Assembly: GCF_964355755.1 (NCBI RefSeq)
Contig: NC_092670.1
Location: 32,910,388 to 32,974,387, forward strand
Length of the DNA stretch: 64,000 bases
DNA from: Antedon mediterranea
Lineage: Eukaryota > Animalia > Echinodermata
Reading direction: 5' to 3'
In this document: positions 23,877 to 37,941 of the stretch, in pieces
Numbering within the stretch: the stretch's first letter is position 1
Layout of the letters: the number at the start of each line of letters is the position of its first letter
The notes under the pieces: model-generated
What the model was told of the DNA's origin: nothing
The model's input: the letters and a program-made list of their open reading frames with translations, nothing else
Databases searched by the model: none
Position numbers and translations under genes: made by a program

Positions 23877-26800
23877 ATTAAAAATAATTTAAAAAGAAAT
23901 AAATATTATACATTACATGGTTAAACCATTACATGGACGTATAATTACATCTCGTCTTCTTATAACGAACACTATAGGCCTACCAAGCAGCATGTTGCGA
24001 ACATGTGCATGGGGGAGGGCCATAAGAAAGCTTTACATTTCACACATGCATTGTATACGGTCAAACCTTCTCACCCGCCGCTGAAAAAGGGGCCGTTTTG
24101 ACCTGGTATTTCGTGTGCTAATCGAGTCGAATGCAGTTTTAATGATGCACTCTTGGCGTTCCATATCTGTTCGTTTGTTCGTGTCGACACATTCAGTATC
24201 AAATGTCAAATGGCGATATTTCTGTATTTTTTCAATCAATTGCTTGCTTGCGAGTATTAGGCCTATATAAGGTATGGTTTAATTAAAGATCTTTGGTTAT
24301 GTTCGGCTTCGGGATGTTATACCATACTTAGGCCTAGGCTAGGCTATTATAGGGGTCGTCGGTTTCGTGTTATGGGTCGTCCAATTCTAGGTCGTCCAAT
24401 TCGAGGTCGCCCGGGTCGTTGGGGTCGTCCAATTCGAGGTCGTCGCTTTCTACACACCCATCGAGACTGTTGAAATATGAAATAAGGTAGGCCTACATAA
24501 TACCACCACCGGCACACAACAGGATTCACACACAACAGACAGGGCTACACCACTACACAGAACAGGACATGGTCTGGGTGGGAATTAAATCAAATTATAT
24601 CCGCGTAATATTAAATCAGGGAGATGTAAATTACATCTCCCTGATTAAATGATCCATATAAAATCCTTTCTAGCCTTCAGAAACTTTCATCAATGTACCC
24701 AAGTACACATTGTTTAAACGTAACATAGCGCATGCGTACCATCTTATTTGTTGAGTCTTTGAAATTCTGAAATATGAATATTAAAACGGTGTACGAGTGA
24801 GTAGCCAATCGCATGCAGCTGAAACTAGTCAACCGGATAATCTATACACCAAGAATTCTTGGTGTCAAACCACTTGACTTTTGCGTGTTTTTCCCCAGAC
24901 GGAGTATCCAAACTCAAATAATACACGTATGAAACGCCATATGTGCAAAAATATTTATATTTTTACTAATATTAAGAAAAAACTCCGTCTGGAGCCCAGA
25001 CTATAATTAATACATCATTTAATCGACTTACAATGCGCTAGAACGCCAAAGTTTCCAGGGGCCGTCGGCCCCCACCCCCACCCCTTCGCGGCCCCCTGGT
25101 CCTTCAGCCAATGTTTGCTCGCTTCACTCGCGAAGGTACGCCCCCTATTCAAATATCCTAGATCCTGAATTCGTCTACACTTCAGCGAAGCGAGCTCACA
25201 CACCCTCTAGTTGTAAGTAATTAACAGTAAAATTCAACATTTATTTATTTATTTATTTATTTATTTGGAATTACACCTTTAGATCGGTGGCACACTTAGC
25301 ACAAAGGTGCATCCTTCACACAATAACAATATTATAAAATATAACAATTAACAGAAAAGTCAACCCCATCCTACCCCCCCCCCCCCATTTACATCGATAC
25401 GTACAGTAGATCATTACTTTACACAAATGAATACAAAACAAAATATAGTAAAAGTGTATTAAATAAAATCACCTGACTAAACACAGGTTATTACGTAAAC
25501 CCACCAACCCCCTCACCTACCCCTTTTCAATTTACTTAATGTAGCAATGTAGATAACAGCTACAGTTGGAATAGGATAGGATGACCTCTTGTAGAATCCA
25601 ATGCCATTGGCTGTTTAATAAATTTACAATACTGTACTGTCTGAGAAGGTGGAATTTGTATTTATAACAGTTGAGTTTGCCTTTCTATCAGCAACTTGTA
25701 TTTTTATCAGCTTCTGAACTCGGAATTTTACTATAATTCTGGTAAGTGCAGCTTTTCTTTATTAGTATTTATCGGATATCCATACATTAGCCGTTTTCAA
25801 GCAGGCCTACTAGTACTTGTTATTAAGACATAATATATTAGCAAGAAGGTCATGTTCGTCATTTTGTAAGTATTTCAACTCTGATTCAGCTTAAATTTCA
25901 AACTACTGTGAGTAGTAGTAAATCTGTGAGTTCTTTTTATTCTATTTAACTTTTCTTTTTAATAGCCTGTTTTATCATGTTTTTTTATATATTATATTCC
26001 TTCTACCAAATAGGGAAAATACCCGATTGTCTCTGTGACCATTCACAAACAGCGGGAGCTCACGCTGAATTCTCGCACCGTCATTTTGTTTAAAAAAAAT
26101 GGATAATTTGTTTGTCTTTACAACGGCATAACTCATGAAATACTAATCTGAAAATGTCCCCAGACTACATCAAAGTTCAAATAATATAGTGGTGGATGTT
26201 ATGATATATATTTTAACATAATCAGAGGAAAAAACCGTCACATTTTGCTTAAAAAAACTACTTGGTCAACCTATAAAAGCGTAGAGGCCACGTTTTTATG
26301 ATTTAAATTCATCCTTGGCGTCACTCAATAGATATAATTGATACATAAGACTGCCTCTCACTAAAGACTACATTGTTTCTGTACATGTCAAAATTATGAT
26401 TTGCTTAAAATTGACAATCCAATTATCGCGCGAACATTGTTATAGTTTGGAATTCACCATTACCGTGAATGACTGAATTGTGGTCGAAGAAATCATATTT
26501 GCTTGTTTACGAGTAACTGTTATAATAAAGAATAATTAAAATTAGTTCGAAATAAAATTACTGGTGCCATGTAAAAAAAATTCTTTGAACACTATAGTTT
26601 TGATAAATTTCATGTTGAAAACATTCTACCCATATTATAATGGACGATCCAAGGCAGATTCCAAATAATGCCTCATTTTACGAGGGATTGGCAAATTTAG
26701 GGCTATATATAGACTGTTTGTTTAAGGAGGTATTATTATTATTAGGTTGAAAATAAAAAGGGAAGAGATCCAAATAGAAGTATTTAATATTGTTTACGGT

Positions 26801-29242
26801 AATTGACATTACAATTTGTTTTATGTACCCAAAAATCCGGGCGATTTCCGCTAAACGGCACGAAATCACCGAAAAACAGCTATTTTTTTGAGTTTTTTTC
26901 AATGTAACTTTGTTATTAATTGACCGATTTTTATGGCTGTTTCGACATTGTAATGCCTAATTAAGTACCTACGATGTCATGTTATTTTTAATTTAAAAAA
27001 ACTTAAAACGTCGTCGGTATTGATTTTTAAAGTTAGTTGATTTGAAATTTGCCCTGTGTTAAAGAATAGGCTTGTTTTGCCAATTTGTTGAGATCTTTAC
27101 AAAAACGTTCATAACGTTTGACCTAGTTATCCAATGATATTGGCTGTTCTACCATGCAAAAGCTAATCAATCAAGCTTTCTAATGACCTAAAGTAAAATG
27201 TGATTGGTTCAGATACTTCGTCGGCACAGCCCCTTTTTTGAAGGAGTGTTTGGTTTGTCAGTGACCGGCTAGTGTTAAAGGATAGGCGAAAGTTCTGAGC
27301 AGTCAGAACGTAACGTTACAACTAAAATTACAGTTGCTAAAAAACAACTTATCCAAAACGCTTTATTTTTTCACGAAAGTTAAGAGTTATTATCCCTTAT
27401 TTGTAATATGTAAATGTATTTAAGATAAGGCAACAGAATTTGTTATATAAGTAGTTTTAAAACACTTGGTTTATTTGAAAACCACCAGTGTGCTTTTGCC
27501 GTATTGGCGAACTCGTCCATTTTACTAATAGGAAAACGATTGTAGCACAAAACGTTGGATTTGACCTATATGGTTTCCATTTCTGTTTTCTAATGTCAAA
27601 TTAATATTATATAATTAGTATCTCTATGTAATATATAATATATTCATATTGTACTAGTTAGCATTTACATACCGTTATACTGCACTTTAAATTTGTTTTG
27701 GTGATTTTTCAATGAATTGTATACACAGGGAGTTGGTATACCATTGGTTCTACTAAAATTATTATTACTTTTATTTGTTTGTGAAATATTTGAAGATTGC
27801 TACAAAAATAGAAATAATTTAAATATAATATATTAAACAGATTAAGTGTACGCACTATGCCTATGGAACAGATTACCTATCGGGCGTAGTTCAGTATGAT
27901 ATTCTATTATTATCTTCTGTATCAGCCTCCGCCCTTTTGGGCTTTTTTTTCTACACAATACTTATTGTTAATGTACCATAGTTATTTTAATGGGAGTACT
28001 CTCCTAATAAATAGTTCTTAGCACTCTAAAATTGTTCTTTTGTACCTATTGTATTGTTTTGTTTTCTTTTATTAAAAGCTTTTGTTAAAGTGGAACGACC
28101 CAACATGGTTAATTAAACACCACTGTGTTAGGGAGCAGATTGAGATCAACTGATAAGAGCCCGACGCACTAAAATTAAATAGGCCAAAAAAAAAAAAAAA
28201 AAATTGTAATGTTTATTATACTGGTTATTACAAATTTCATTATACATTTATTATGTTTAGTTGTTAATAATAATCACTAAATTGTTTCTAAATTACCACT
28301 TTCCTAGACGCAAGTCACGTCTTAATATAATTATTATATCTAAGTTAGATTAGACATGTCATGTACAGTGTTCTGCTGCTGGGGACGATTCTACGTGACG
28401 TGTATAATATTTTGCCTAGTAAAATGCTACTGCTGTAGAAATAATTGTAACCTTTGTCATGTTTTAGATATGTTTACTAATATGTTGCAGCTGGGTGCAG
28501 TGGGTGGCTATTGTTTACCAATGTACTGCTTGCATTACTGCTTTCCCAGAACATCCTGTATTTTATTCATCTTGTTAAGATTATGTTTTAATCTTTCCAT
28601 TTGTTTAAATAATTAATTGGGAAGTCCTAATTTGAAAATTGACCAATCGGTCTGTTTACCCCTCTCTCTTTTGCCTGTTAACAAGAATGGACCAATAGGG
28701 GTAAATCATTGCTTAGATAATTTGGCTATCATTTATTTTGTTTTGCCTTTTGCCATCGGACGTGCTGGTCACTCCAAATTTATATACGTTTATGTATGCT
28801 TTTTAAATTTTTAACACGTTAACGCTGATCTAGTTTTAGTATATTTCTAAGGATATTGACTCTCTATTTAAGGTGAGTGTTTAAATACTGATAGTATATT
28901 GTTTTTTAGTAGTCTAGATATACCTCTGTCTGTATTTCCTGAAGACAGCTGTGGAAGCACATCCGCAATCTAATTTTGTTTTTAACTCAAGCGAACTGCT
29001 AAACTGGCACATTTTAGGATTTTAAATTAAGTACCGATTTCTTTTTATATATATTTCTTTTTATATTTTAGTTTCTTTTTTTATTGTATCGAACAAGAGT
29101 GTTTCAGATTGCTGACCTTTCATTACAGCAACATTTAAAATTCCATCTTAAATTCTGTATGTATTTTTATTTTGCTTCCAAATTGAGGGAGGCTAAACCT
29201 GGGTTGCAATTGCATACCAAAACAATGTCACATATAGTATGT

Positions 29243-29500
29243 TGAGCTGTGGCTTGGTGGTTATGATGCTTGGCTACCAATCTAAGGGTTCTACTGTAGT
29301 TTCAAGTCCAGTCATATGTCAGGGGTTTTTTCTCATGACAATTTACAACTCCACTCCCAAAGACTTAATAATAAGTCTTGTTTATGTAGAGCATCTTGTT
29401 TGTTTGTCTTGTGAATGGGATTGCCGCCTTTGAGAAGGATAGTGAATGAATTCACTTGTGGTTATCCTTGGCAATTTACCTAAAATGAGAATAAAAAAAA
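29243..29500 (+). mobile_element. Degenerate tRNA-derived SINE
   Basis: A-box-like TGGCTTGGTGG, degraded B box GTTTCAAGTCC, A-rich tail at about 29490-29502. Confidence 0.45.
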
Positions 29501-31129
29501 AATTACTGTATGAGATTTATTTAGTTTGTTTATTTTGCAATCCTATGTATCTATATATAAATTAGGGTTTTTTTACCCTACCAAACAAAAAACACTATAC
29601 TTTAAAATGTTAATTATGATCTAAGACACTGTGAAACAGAGTAGGTTTAGTTGTACGAATGTTAAGCATTTGCAATAATGGTAACCAACAGAAAACGTAC
29701 AAGGAGAACGTCCTTCTAAAACCTTTTTACCCGAGTCATTATCATTCTGAGAACCATCGTCATCCTCTAGTTATTGTAATTTTTGCTATTCTATGTATTA
29801 GAATATTATAATTATATAACAGCATATCGAAATCTAAACTAAACAAAATTTATAAAAAGTATACATGAATGATTTGCATTTGTATAGGTCGCCTTTGTCT
29901 TACAATTCCGTCTACACCCTGAGTTGACGTGATTTCTTTGTTTAACATACCTAGGCATATTGTTCCATTGTGGCAGCACAGCAAACACATAACGGTTTTT
30001 TAACGTTACTGTTTGGTTAATGTTAGGTTCACTAATAACCGTTATTTTATTAGATTTCTATAACGTAAAAAGAAACATTCAGATAACGTTTTTAGGTTAG
30101 CATTTAAAAAATACATAACGCTATAAAAATTATTAGATCATTTCTATCATTTATTTGAATGATGATCTTCCTTTATTTTGTTAATACAGTACTGTACTGA
30201 CCTAATTATTTAGAGAGATTTGGATATACTAGGCGTTAGGCAGCTACGTCTACATTATTATATCATATGTATAGGCGCGCACTAAAACATTTGTATTGTT
30301 GTTGGAACTCGATCATGTTACAAGGCGGTAGGCCGGGAACCAGTCATTGGTCCAGATTTAGTTATGATTTGTTTTAAAGTAGTTTTATATTGTATTTTGA
30401 TTTTTTGTACGGTAGCTCACGCGTGCTGATTGCTCTTCTCTGATTATTTCAATCAATCAAAAGTGACAGTTCAAATTATTCGTCGCTTGTGATTGGTTAC
30501 ATTATTATTACGCGCAATTTGAATCACAATAATCAATTCAAATTGCGCAGAAGATTTCAAACTAAGCCTAAGTATTTTTACTTTACATTTCCTAAGCCTA
30601 CATAGATAAATAATGGAAGTTATTAGTAACAACTAACATAAATTTGTTGTGTGAACCAATGGTCATTCAGATATTTTTTTTATCAAGGTTAAAGTTATTT
30701 ACTTAATCTTCCGATTAAATTACCCAAAACTACTGATCATCGTGGTCATGAGGAATGGGTTGATTATTTTGTAAGGTAAATTTTACTTTTTTCTTCTTTT
30801 TATTTAGTTTTGCTTCAAACAAACAAAATGCACAGGAGTACAAAGAGTGGAAAAAATAATGCACAACAGGTTCGAAATTATTTAGATAACAAAGATAATG
30901 AACAGCAGACAAATATGCACCTTTCTAGATGTGAAGTACAGAAAAATAGTACCGCAGAGAAACCAACAATTGACCAAACAAGTCACGAGTCAGTTAATGC
31001 AGGTAATGAAAATATTGCAATATGTGTATACAGCCGGTACATGTACGGTAATGGCTAGCACTCTAATTGCCAAACTGATGTTGATTAATTTTCTGATCAT
31101 AATGATTTAAATGATTTTTTAGATAATAC

Positions 31130-31570
31130 TAGTAACTTGCATGGTGAACCACGAACATTTCAAGCTGATTTAGCCGCCTGGGCTGTGGATTTTAGTGTGC
31201 CACTTCCAGCACTTGGTGACTTATTACATATTATTAAAACCTGTACCAATAAGCATCCAGATCTACCAACTGATCCAAAAACATTGCTTCGAGCTGTACC
31301 TAAGTAAGGGATATGTGTGGAGGTTCGTATCATCATCTTGGACTACAATCTTCTTTTATTCTGTCAAGAAACATTAAAGCCACTAGGGCGAATTTTTTCA
31401 AGCGAATCAAAAGCGTCATTATTATACGTAGGGAGAGAATTAGAAGATGGTAACACGAACACGCATGCGTATAAGCTGGCGCTTTTGATTCGCGCAAACA
31501 AAATCGCCTAGTGAAAAGGTGACACTTTTACTGATTAATGTGGATGACTTGCTAGTATACAACAGTGAAA
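31130..31570 (+). pseudogene. EnSpm/CACTA-type transposase remnant
   Basis: Manual translation gives QADLAAWAVDFSVPLPALGDLLHII...HPDLPTDPKTLLR, then GGSYHHLGL, then LLINVDDLLVYNS, resembling the animal EnSpm N-terminal region. An EnSpm-like end CACAGCAAACACA occurs near 29977. Confidence 0.65.
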
Positions 31571-32447
31571 TTAATCATTCAATGTTGGCTGCATGACATT
31601 TGTTGGTTTACACAATAATAAACCATTTATAATTGCGTTGTTTTTGGTGCATAAAAAGCCAACATCGTTGAATAATGAGGCCTGGAAGGAGGGTATCATA
31701 TTTCCTAATAAGAAAACATGAAATAATAATCAATATGTAAAATGCTACATAGGCTATACAATATATTCCATTCATAAAAAAAACAACACATGTCACCCTA
31801 TAGACGTTGCGTAAACAGTTTAACCTTATAATGACCTTGAACATTAATTAATGAAGCTACTGTAATACACATAAATATTTATAAAGGCTGGTTTCCACAT
31901 CACAAGTTAATGTAATCGAGGAAAAATTTTATTTTCCTCTATTATGTAATCAAGCACAATAGACGAATCATCAAAGAAGTCAATTTTTGTGCATGCGATA
32001 CATGTAAATACTTTATAGCGTCCTGGTAAGAACCAAGCTGAAGCTGTTCAGTTTATGCCCCAGACAAGAAGTTTAATATTATATGTTATTTTAAAAGAAT
32101 GTTTTTAATGAAGTTTTTTCTTGTAGGTAGAAGGTGAAAATTGAATTTGACTGATTAGTATTTCCTGTAAACAGACTTAGACGAATTTTAGACTTAGAAA
32201 CTTAGACTTAGACACTTTATTGCAAAAGTTTATATTTAAACTAAACACTGGGCATGTTATTCCCGAAGCGACCCATTATTTATTAGACAACTAAAACCTA
32301 TATATTTCTCGAAGTTTAAACATGCAACTATCTCACGTCTTGTAAAGAATGTAACCGACTGTTTTAGCCAATAAACACATGGCTAACTTACATCATAGTT
32401 TTATTCCTCTAAAAATACACACAGTGTATCCCATTCACCTGTTTTAG

Positions 32448-34210
32448 TTATAATAATAATATTTATTCGGTCATGAATGTAAAAATAACCAGGAATGAGA
32501 ATAGGCTAAAGCCCAAACAGATTCTGCACTCACTCCATACAATACAATCAGTTAAAGATAAAACCATATACAAGAAAAATACAAATAAATTATACATAAC
32601 ATGAAATATAGTGTTTTGTTAGAGCAGCCTTAAATATTGAAATTGTTTGTGAATCTTTTATGTCATTTGGTATTTGCTCCCATAGTCTAGGAAAGGAAAC
32701 AAATACAGAATTATGAAAAGTATTGCCTTTCGAATTCCAACGTAAAAGCCTACCCCGACATCTTTTACTAGTTTTAATATACTCATTGAAAGAATGGGGA
32801 CAGTAACCTTTCAACACCTTAAATCCTAATGAAAGTCTATGTAATTTAAACAAGTCATCAATAGATAATAATTCAAGCAATTTCAACCTATGAAAATAAG
32901 ATGTGTCCCAGGAACCTTCCTTTCTAAACATTATTATCCTTGTTGCTTTCCTTTGTATACTTTCTATTCTATTAATATATGATTTCTCAAATGGTGCCCA
33001 CATTGAACAACAGTAGGTAACCACTGGAAGTAATAGAGCTTTGTATAAGTTCAACATAGCTAACCAGGACATATTTTTACTACATTTTGAAATGAAACCA
33101 AGCAATCTGCTTGCTTTACAACATATATAATTAACTTGTGTATGACAAGACAACGAACTATTTACATAAACACCTAGAAATTTGAATTCTGTAACTTTAG
33201 GAATATTGTCTGATTCTATGGTATAATCCCAGTTAACTATCTCTTTACATCTTGTAACATGCATTACGGCGCATTTGACAGGATTTAAGGGAAGTTTGTT
33301 TACATTTGCCCATTTAGCAATTAAATCTAAATCCTTTTGAAGCAATTTACAATCATTATTGTTATAAATAGGACGTGATAATGTGTGATCATCAGCAAAT
33401 TGAAAAAGTGAAGAAGAAATATTATTTACAATATCACTTACATAAATCAAAAATAAAAGAGGGCCCAAAACTGACCCTTGTGGTACCCCTGAAGTAACAT
33501 TTACCCACTCTGACTTTTCTCCTCTGTAAATAACCCTTTGGCGTCTATTTGAAAGACAATCTGTAATCCATGCATTAGTGTTTCCACCAATGCCACAGTT
33601 ATTAAGTTTCTTAATTAATCTTTTATGAGACACCTTATCAAATGCAGACGAAAAATCAAGAAAAATAATATCAATATTTTTACAACCTTTAAGTTCTAAG
33701 CTCTGTGCCCATGAATGAAAAACCTTTGAAAGTAAAAGTTCAGTACTATACATTTGTCTAAACCCAAACTGATTTTCTGAAAGGATATTATTATATTCTA
33801 GATATTCCCTTAAGCGATAACAAAAGCAATTTCTCAATAATCTTACAAATTATGGGAGTTAAGGACACTGGACGATAGCTTTTCATTTCGTCTTTGGGGT
33901 TTCCATTTCTTTTGAAAATAGGTACAACATTTGCATCCTTCCATTGTTTTGGTAAAATACCTTTTTGTAAAGTTAAATTAAAGAATGTACATAAAACATT
34001 AGACAATTGTGTGTTACATGACTTTAAGAATATTGGAAGCAAACAATCAGGTCCTGGTAATTTGGATACATTTAACTGTGAGAGGGCATAAAATACCTCA
34101 GGCATCACAAAGGGTTCACATTCAAAGTTGGTAAGACAATCTATTGTATCCAAATCACAATGCTGATCATTATCTATGCAAAAGTTGTTTACAAATTGTG
34201 TATTGATAAA
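32448..34210 (-). mobile_element. 5'-truncated CR1/L2-group LINE with a frameshift near 33810
   Basis: ORFs 33791-34153 and 32590-33837 join: PGPD, WKDANVVPIFK, YRPVSL, QFGFR, DFSSAFDKVSH, GVPQGSVLGP, FADD. (ATT)n tail near 32448-32465. Confidence 0.9.
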
Positions 34211-35971
34211 CTCTGCATAGCAATTAATCTTATACTATTTTACTTATATAATACTAATGATTTCATCCCTAAATGAAAAATTCAAATTCAAAGCCACTAA
34301 AACAAAAATGGAAACATAAATTAGATTTCATTTTATAACTTATCTTATAATAATGTGTTTGTTTTGTTTTTAAGTTGTTATGTGCTGCGTTGTATTATTA
34401 TAGAACAAAATAATATGTATGTATGTAATGAAAATGTACAGTGCAGTATTCATTTTTATTCTCTCTGTATTTTTGTTTAATGTTTAACACGAAGTTTATG
34501 ATCATGATACAAGGTAATCAAAGCAAGGCAATCTAACAACAGGACACTGAGCTCGACTTTCCTAGATAGGAACAGTCCTATGATCTTAAGTCTAGCTGCG
34601 ACAAATACCAACAGTACTGTACTATGTACTGTAAAGGGGCGTGAAACTGATCGCGTCTCAGCCATAAATAAACCATTTGATCTCCGGAGCTCAAAAACAT
34701 AACAAGTTTATACTTGAAAGTTGTTACAAGCAAATATTGTATAGAGCGCTATAACAGTACTTATATCATGCCAATTTCTTAGATAACCTACTATGATACC
34801 TTTTGATTATTATTTCAAAGTATTGTCTAGGTGCAAATCAAAATTGGATTGCTTAATTAATGAAATGCTTTGGATGAAAGAGTTTAAACCGTCTCTTAAC
34901 AAACAAAAATCAATCAAAGCCAAATGTAATGTCTTTGACTAAACTAATTGTTTAAGGTATTTCCTGTCACCATTTGATGCTTTGTATTTTGCGTAGTTGT
35001 ACATTTTACTCATTTGTTTTTGAGAATGGTTCAGAAACGTCGATCTTTTTGTCATTAAATTTTATTTTCAAATTCCAAATTTTATTTTCATAATTATTAG
35101 GAAGATTAACCTATTACACATTAGTTGTAATAGTTCTACTTGTACTGATTATTTTGCCATTAAACATAATAAAAACATTGACCGTAAATAGACCACATTG
35201 ACATTTTAAAAGTAGATTTACCAAATGTGTTGTAATGTTAACATTCTAACGAGTGAGATATGATGTCATTCGGTGCATTTTTTAGCAGAGTGCCAATATA
35301 AGTGCGTCAAGGTCAATTTACACCGACGAGCGGTAAAGGTAAACGGAAAACCGCGTAGCTTGTCACATTCACACAGCCCGCGGAATTCGCAATCAGTGTT
35401 GTGGAAAGTAGGTGTGCTTGTAGGCCTGGAGACTAGTGTATGGCACGCCAGGACGGACAAAACGATTTCAAATGCCAATCCCTAGCTGTTGAGTTTACAA
35501 ATCCCTACTAGTCGAGATCGACTAGACACATACCTATCGGTCGAGTTTACCACATAGCACTAGTAGTTAATGACAAACTATACACATCACTAATAGTCGA
35601 GATTTACACATCGCGCTACCGGTCGAGTTTTAAACACACATCGCTACCGGTCGAGTCGAGGTTGTTCATCACATGTTGAGAATTATTTTAGTAGACATGC
35701 GCAATAAGGGTTTGTAGAACGCCACCAACGTTCAGAAAAGTTAAATATATTTGTTGCGCCCAGACAAAACCCAAAGTAGGATCATTTTGGTGTTCGCAGC
35801 AAAATGACGGATCGTAATTTAAGTGAAATATTTGACCAATATGCACGCGAAAATTTAAGGGAACAAGAAATTGAAAGGTTGTTTAGGTAAGATAATGTTT
35901 TACCTCAATCTATATATGTAATATTAGGGCTATCCTAGAGTATTAACTATGTTGAGGCATTGTCTAATTAG

Positions 35972-36056
35972 AGTGAGTGAGTGGCCGAGCGGTTAAGACA
36001 ATGGAACCGTAATTACGTAGCCATAACATCGGCAGGGGTTCGAGGCTCACTCACTA
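35972..36056 (+). mobile_element. tRNA-derived SINE head
   Basis: A box TGGCCGAGCGG, B-box-like GGTTCGAGGC, terminal GAGTGAG/CTCACTC stem, non-canonical anticodon arm. Confidence 0.55.
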
Positions 36057-36315
36057 GGACTCGATGGACTCACGAAAAAAGTTGTTGATAGCTGACGATC
36101 ATTTCGTTAATTGGCCAAAGTCTACAATTACCGCACTGTATTTTCACAACATCGTTTCTATCCTGATCGGATTTCCTCTCAACCGCCCGTCCGCCTCCGC
36201 GTTCTGTGTAAATGGTCATAATAAATAAAATAGATTTTTATGCGTTTTCAGCCGCTTACCGTTAATGTTCGTTTGTGTAAATTGGCTCATAGAGATATCG
36301 GGGGCGTTGGCTAGG

Positions 36316-37786
36316 TACGGAAGCCCGTTCGAGCCACAAGTTAACTATATTTTAAAAGCTGTTATCTGGCGGCGCCACTTAATTATCTGGTGGCCGCAGA
36401 TAATTAAGTGGCGGCCGCCAGATAATTAAGTGACGCCGCCAGATAACCCGTCACGTGACATATACGTGCATTGGATCAGAGGCGATGTTGCATATGGAAC
36501 GCCATCGCTTCCTCCGGCAGCAAACTTTAATTCTATTCGGCTCTTTTAGCATTCGGCGCATTTCTATTCGGCCCATTTACCATTACGTTCGGCTCTTTCA
36601 GTATTCGGCGCATTTCTATTTGGCCCATTTACCATTACGATCGGCTCTTTCAGCATTCGGCTCTTTTTTATTCGGCCCATTTACCATAATACATTCGGCT
36701 CTTTCAGCATTCGGCTCTTTTTTATTAGGCCCATTTACCATTACGTTCGGCTCTTTTTGATTTGGCCCTTTTTTATACGGCGCAATTAAATTCTCACCTT
36801 TTACATGGGGGTCAATGGGAAGAATCAACGGCTGGAAATGAGTTTATGAAAAGTTTACAAAACATATAGATGCAGCATGGTAGAGTGTTTGGTTGGTTGA
36901 ATTAAATGAATTTGAAGGCTATTTCAATATGACTAATCATTTTATTGACATGATTAATGTGTTAGAGAACTTGCAATTGTCCCACCTTATTGACCATTTT
37001 GAGAAAGAAAAGGTTTGATTTATGGCCTAGGTTAGCTAGGCCTAGCCTAGTGTCAGCCTAACATAATAATAATAATTTACCCTTTCTCTCTCAAAGTTTG
37101 TTAAAAGATGAATTAATTTTAGGTTATTCAACACATCTTTAATCGGTTGGCTACTCATGGTTGGCGCCATGATGATAAAATGTTTGTAAACTTTTCATAG
37201 ACCCATTTCCAGTCGTTGATTTTCTTCCATTTGACCCCATGTCAAAGGTTAGATTTTAATTGCGCCATATAAAAAAATGCCAATTTTAAAAGAGCCCAAC
37301 GTAATGCAGAAAGATCCGAATAAAAAAGGGCCGAATCATAAAGAGCCAAACGTAATGGTAAATGGGCCGAATAAAAAAGAGCCGAATGCTGAAAGAGCCG
37401 AACGTAATGGTAAATGGGCCAAATAGAAATGCGCCGAATGCTGAAAGAGCCGAACATAATGGTAAATGGGCCGAATAGAAATGCGCCGAATGCTAAAAGA
37501 GCCGAACGTAATGGTAAAAGAGCCGAATAGAATTAAAGTTTGCTGCCGGAGGCAGCGATGGCGCTCCATATGCAACATCGCCCCGGACCCAATGCACGTA
37601 CATGTCACGTAACGGGACATGTACTAATAATTAAGTGGCGGCCGCCAGATAATTAAGTGGCGGCCGCCAGATAATTAAGTGGCGGCTGCCAGATAATTAA
37701 GTGGCGGCCGCCAGATAATTAAGTGGCGGCCGCCAGATAACAGCTTTTAAAATATAGTTAACTTGTGGCCCGAACGGGCTTCCATA
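36316..37786. mobile_element. Palindromic MITE with 5-bp TSD and internal inverted minisatellites
   Basis: TIRs TACGGAAGCCCGTTCG and CGAACGGGCTTCCATA, TSD CTAGG at 36311-36315 and 37787-37791. Arms contain 22-bp GATAATTAAGTGGCGGCCGCCA repeats and ATTCGGC-rich arrays. Confidence 0.85.
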
Positions 37787-37941
37787 CTAGGCTACAATAT
37801 ACATATTTCAGAGCGAATCTATAAACTACAATAAAATGTGTAGGTGAATAATTATTGTTATTTCAATCCAATTAAGCATATGGGACAGATTTTGCGAACA
37901 GTGCATTAGCATTGGAAAATTCAGCAAACGCTTTCAAGTTA

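Larger units (their letters stand above)
17643..25167. mobile_element. Old hAT-like non-autonomous element carrying nested Academ-like and LINE insertions
   Basis: Left end CAGTGGCGGATCTAG, degenerate right end CTAGATCC-TG. It interrupts ACCATCGTC|TACACTTC, which is contiguous at 9602-9618 and about 61719-61736. TCGTC is present on both sides as a partial TSD. Confidence 0.55.

Noticed and set aside
24347-24535. Arg/Pro-rich ORF
   Set aside because: Derived from short GGTCGTCCAATTC tandem repeats.
26010-27272. Possible DNA transposon remnant
   Set aside because: A terminus-like ...GTGACCGGCTA is present, but no matching TIR, TSD or coding remnant could be found.
36455-37620. Repetitive ORFs on both strands
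   Set aside because: By-products of MITE minisatellites.
37627-37740. CRISPR-like array of 22-bp repeats
   Set aside because: Head-to-tail repeats without unique spacers, in eukaryotic DNA with no cas genes.
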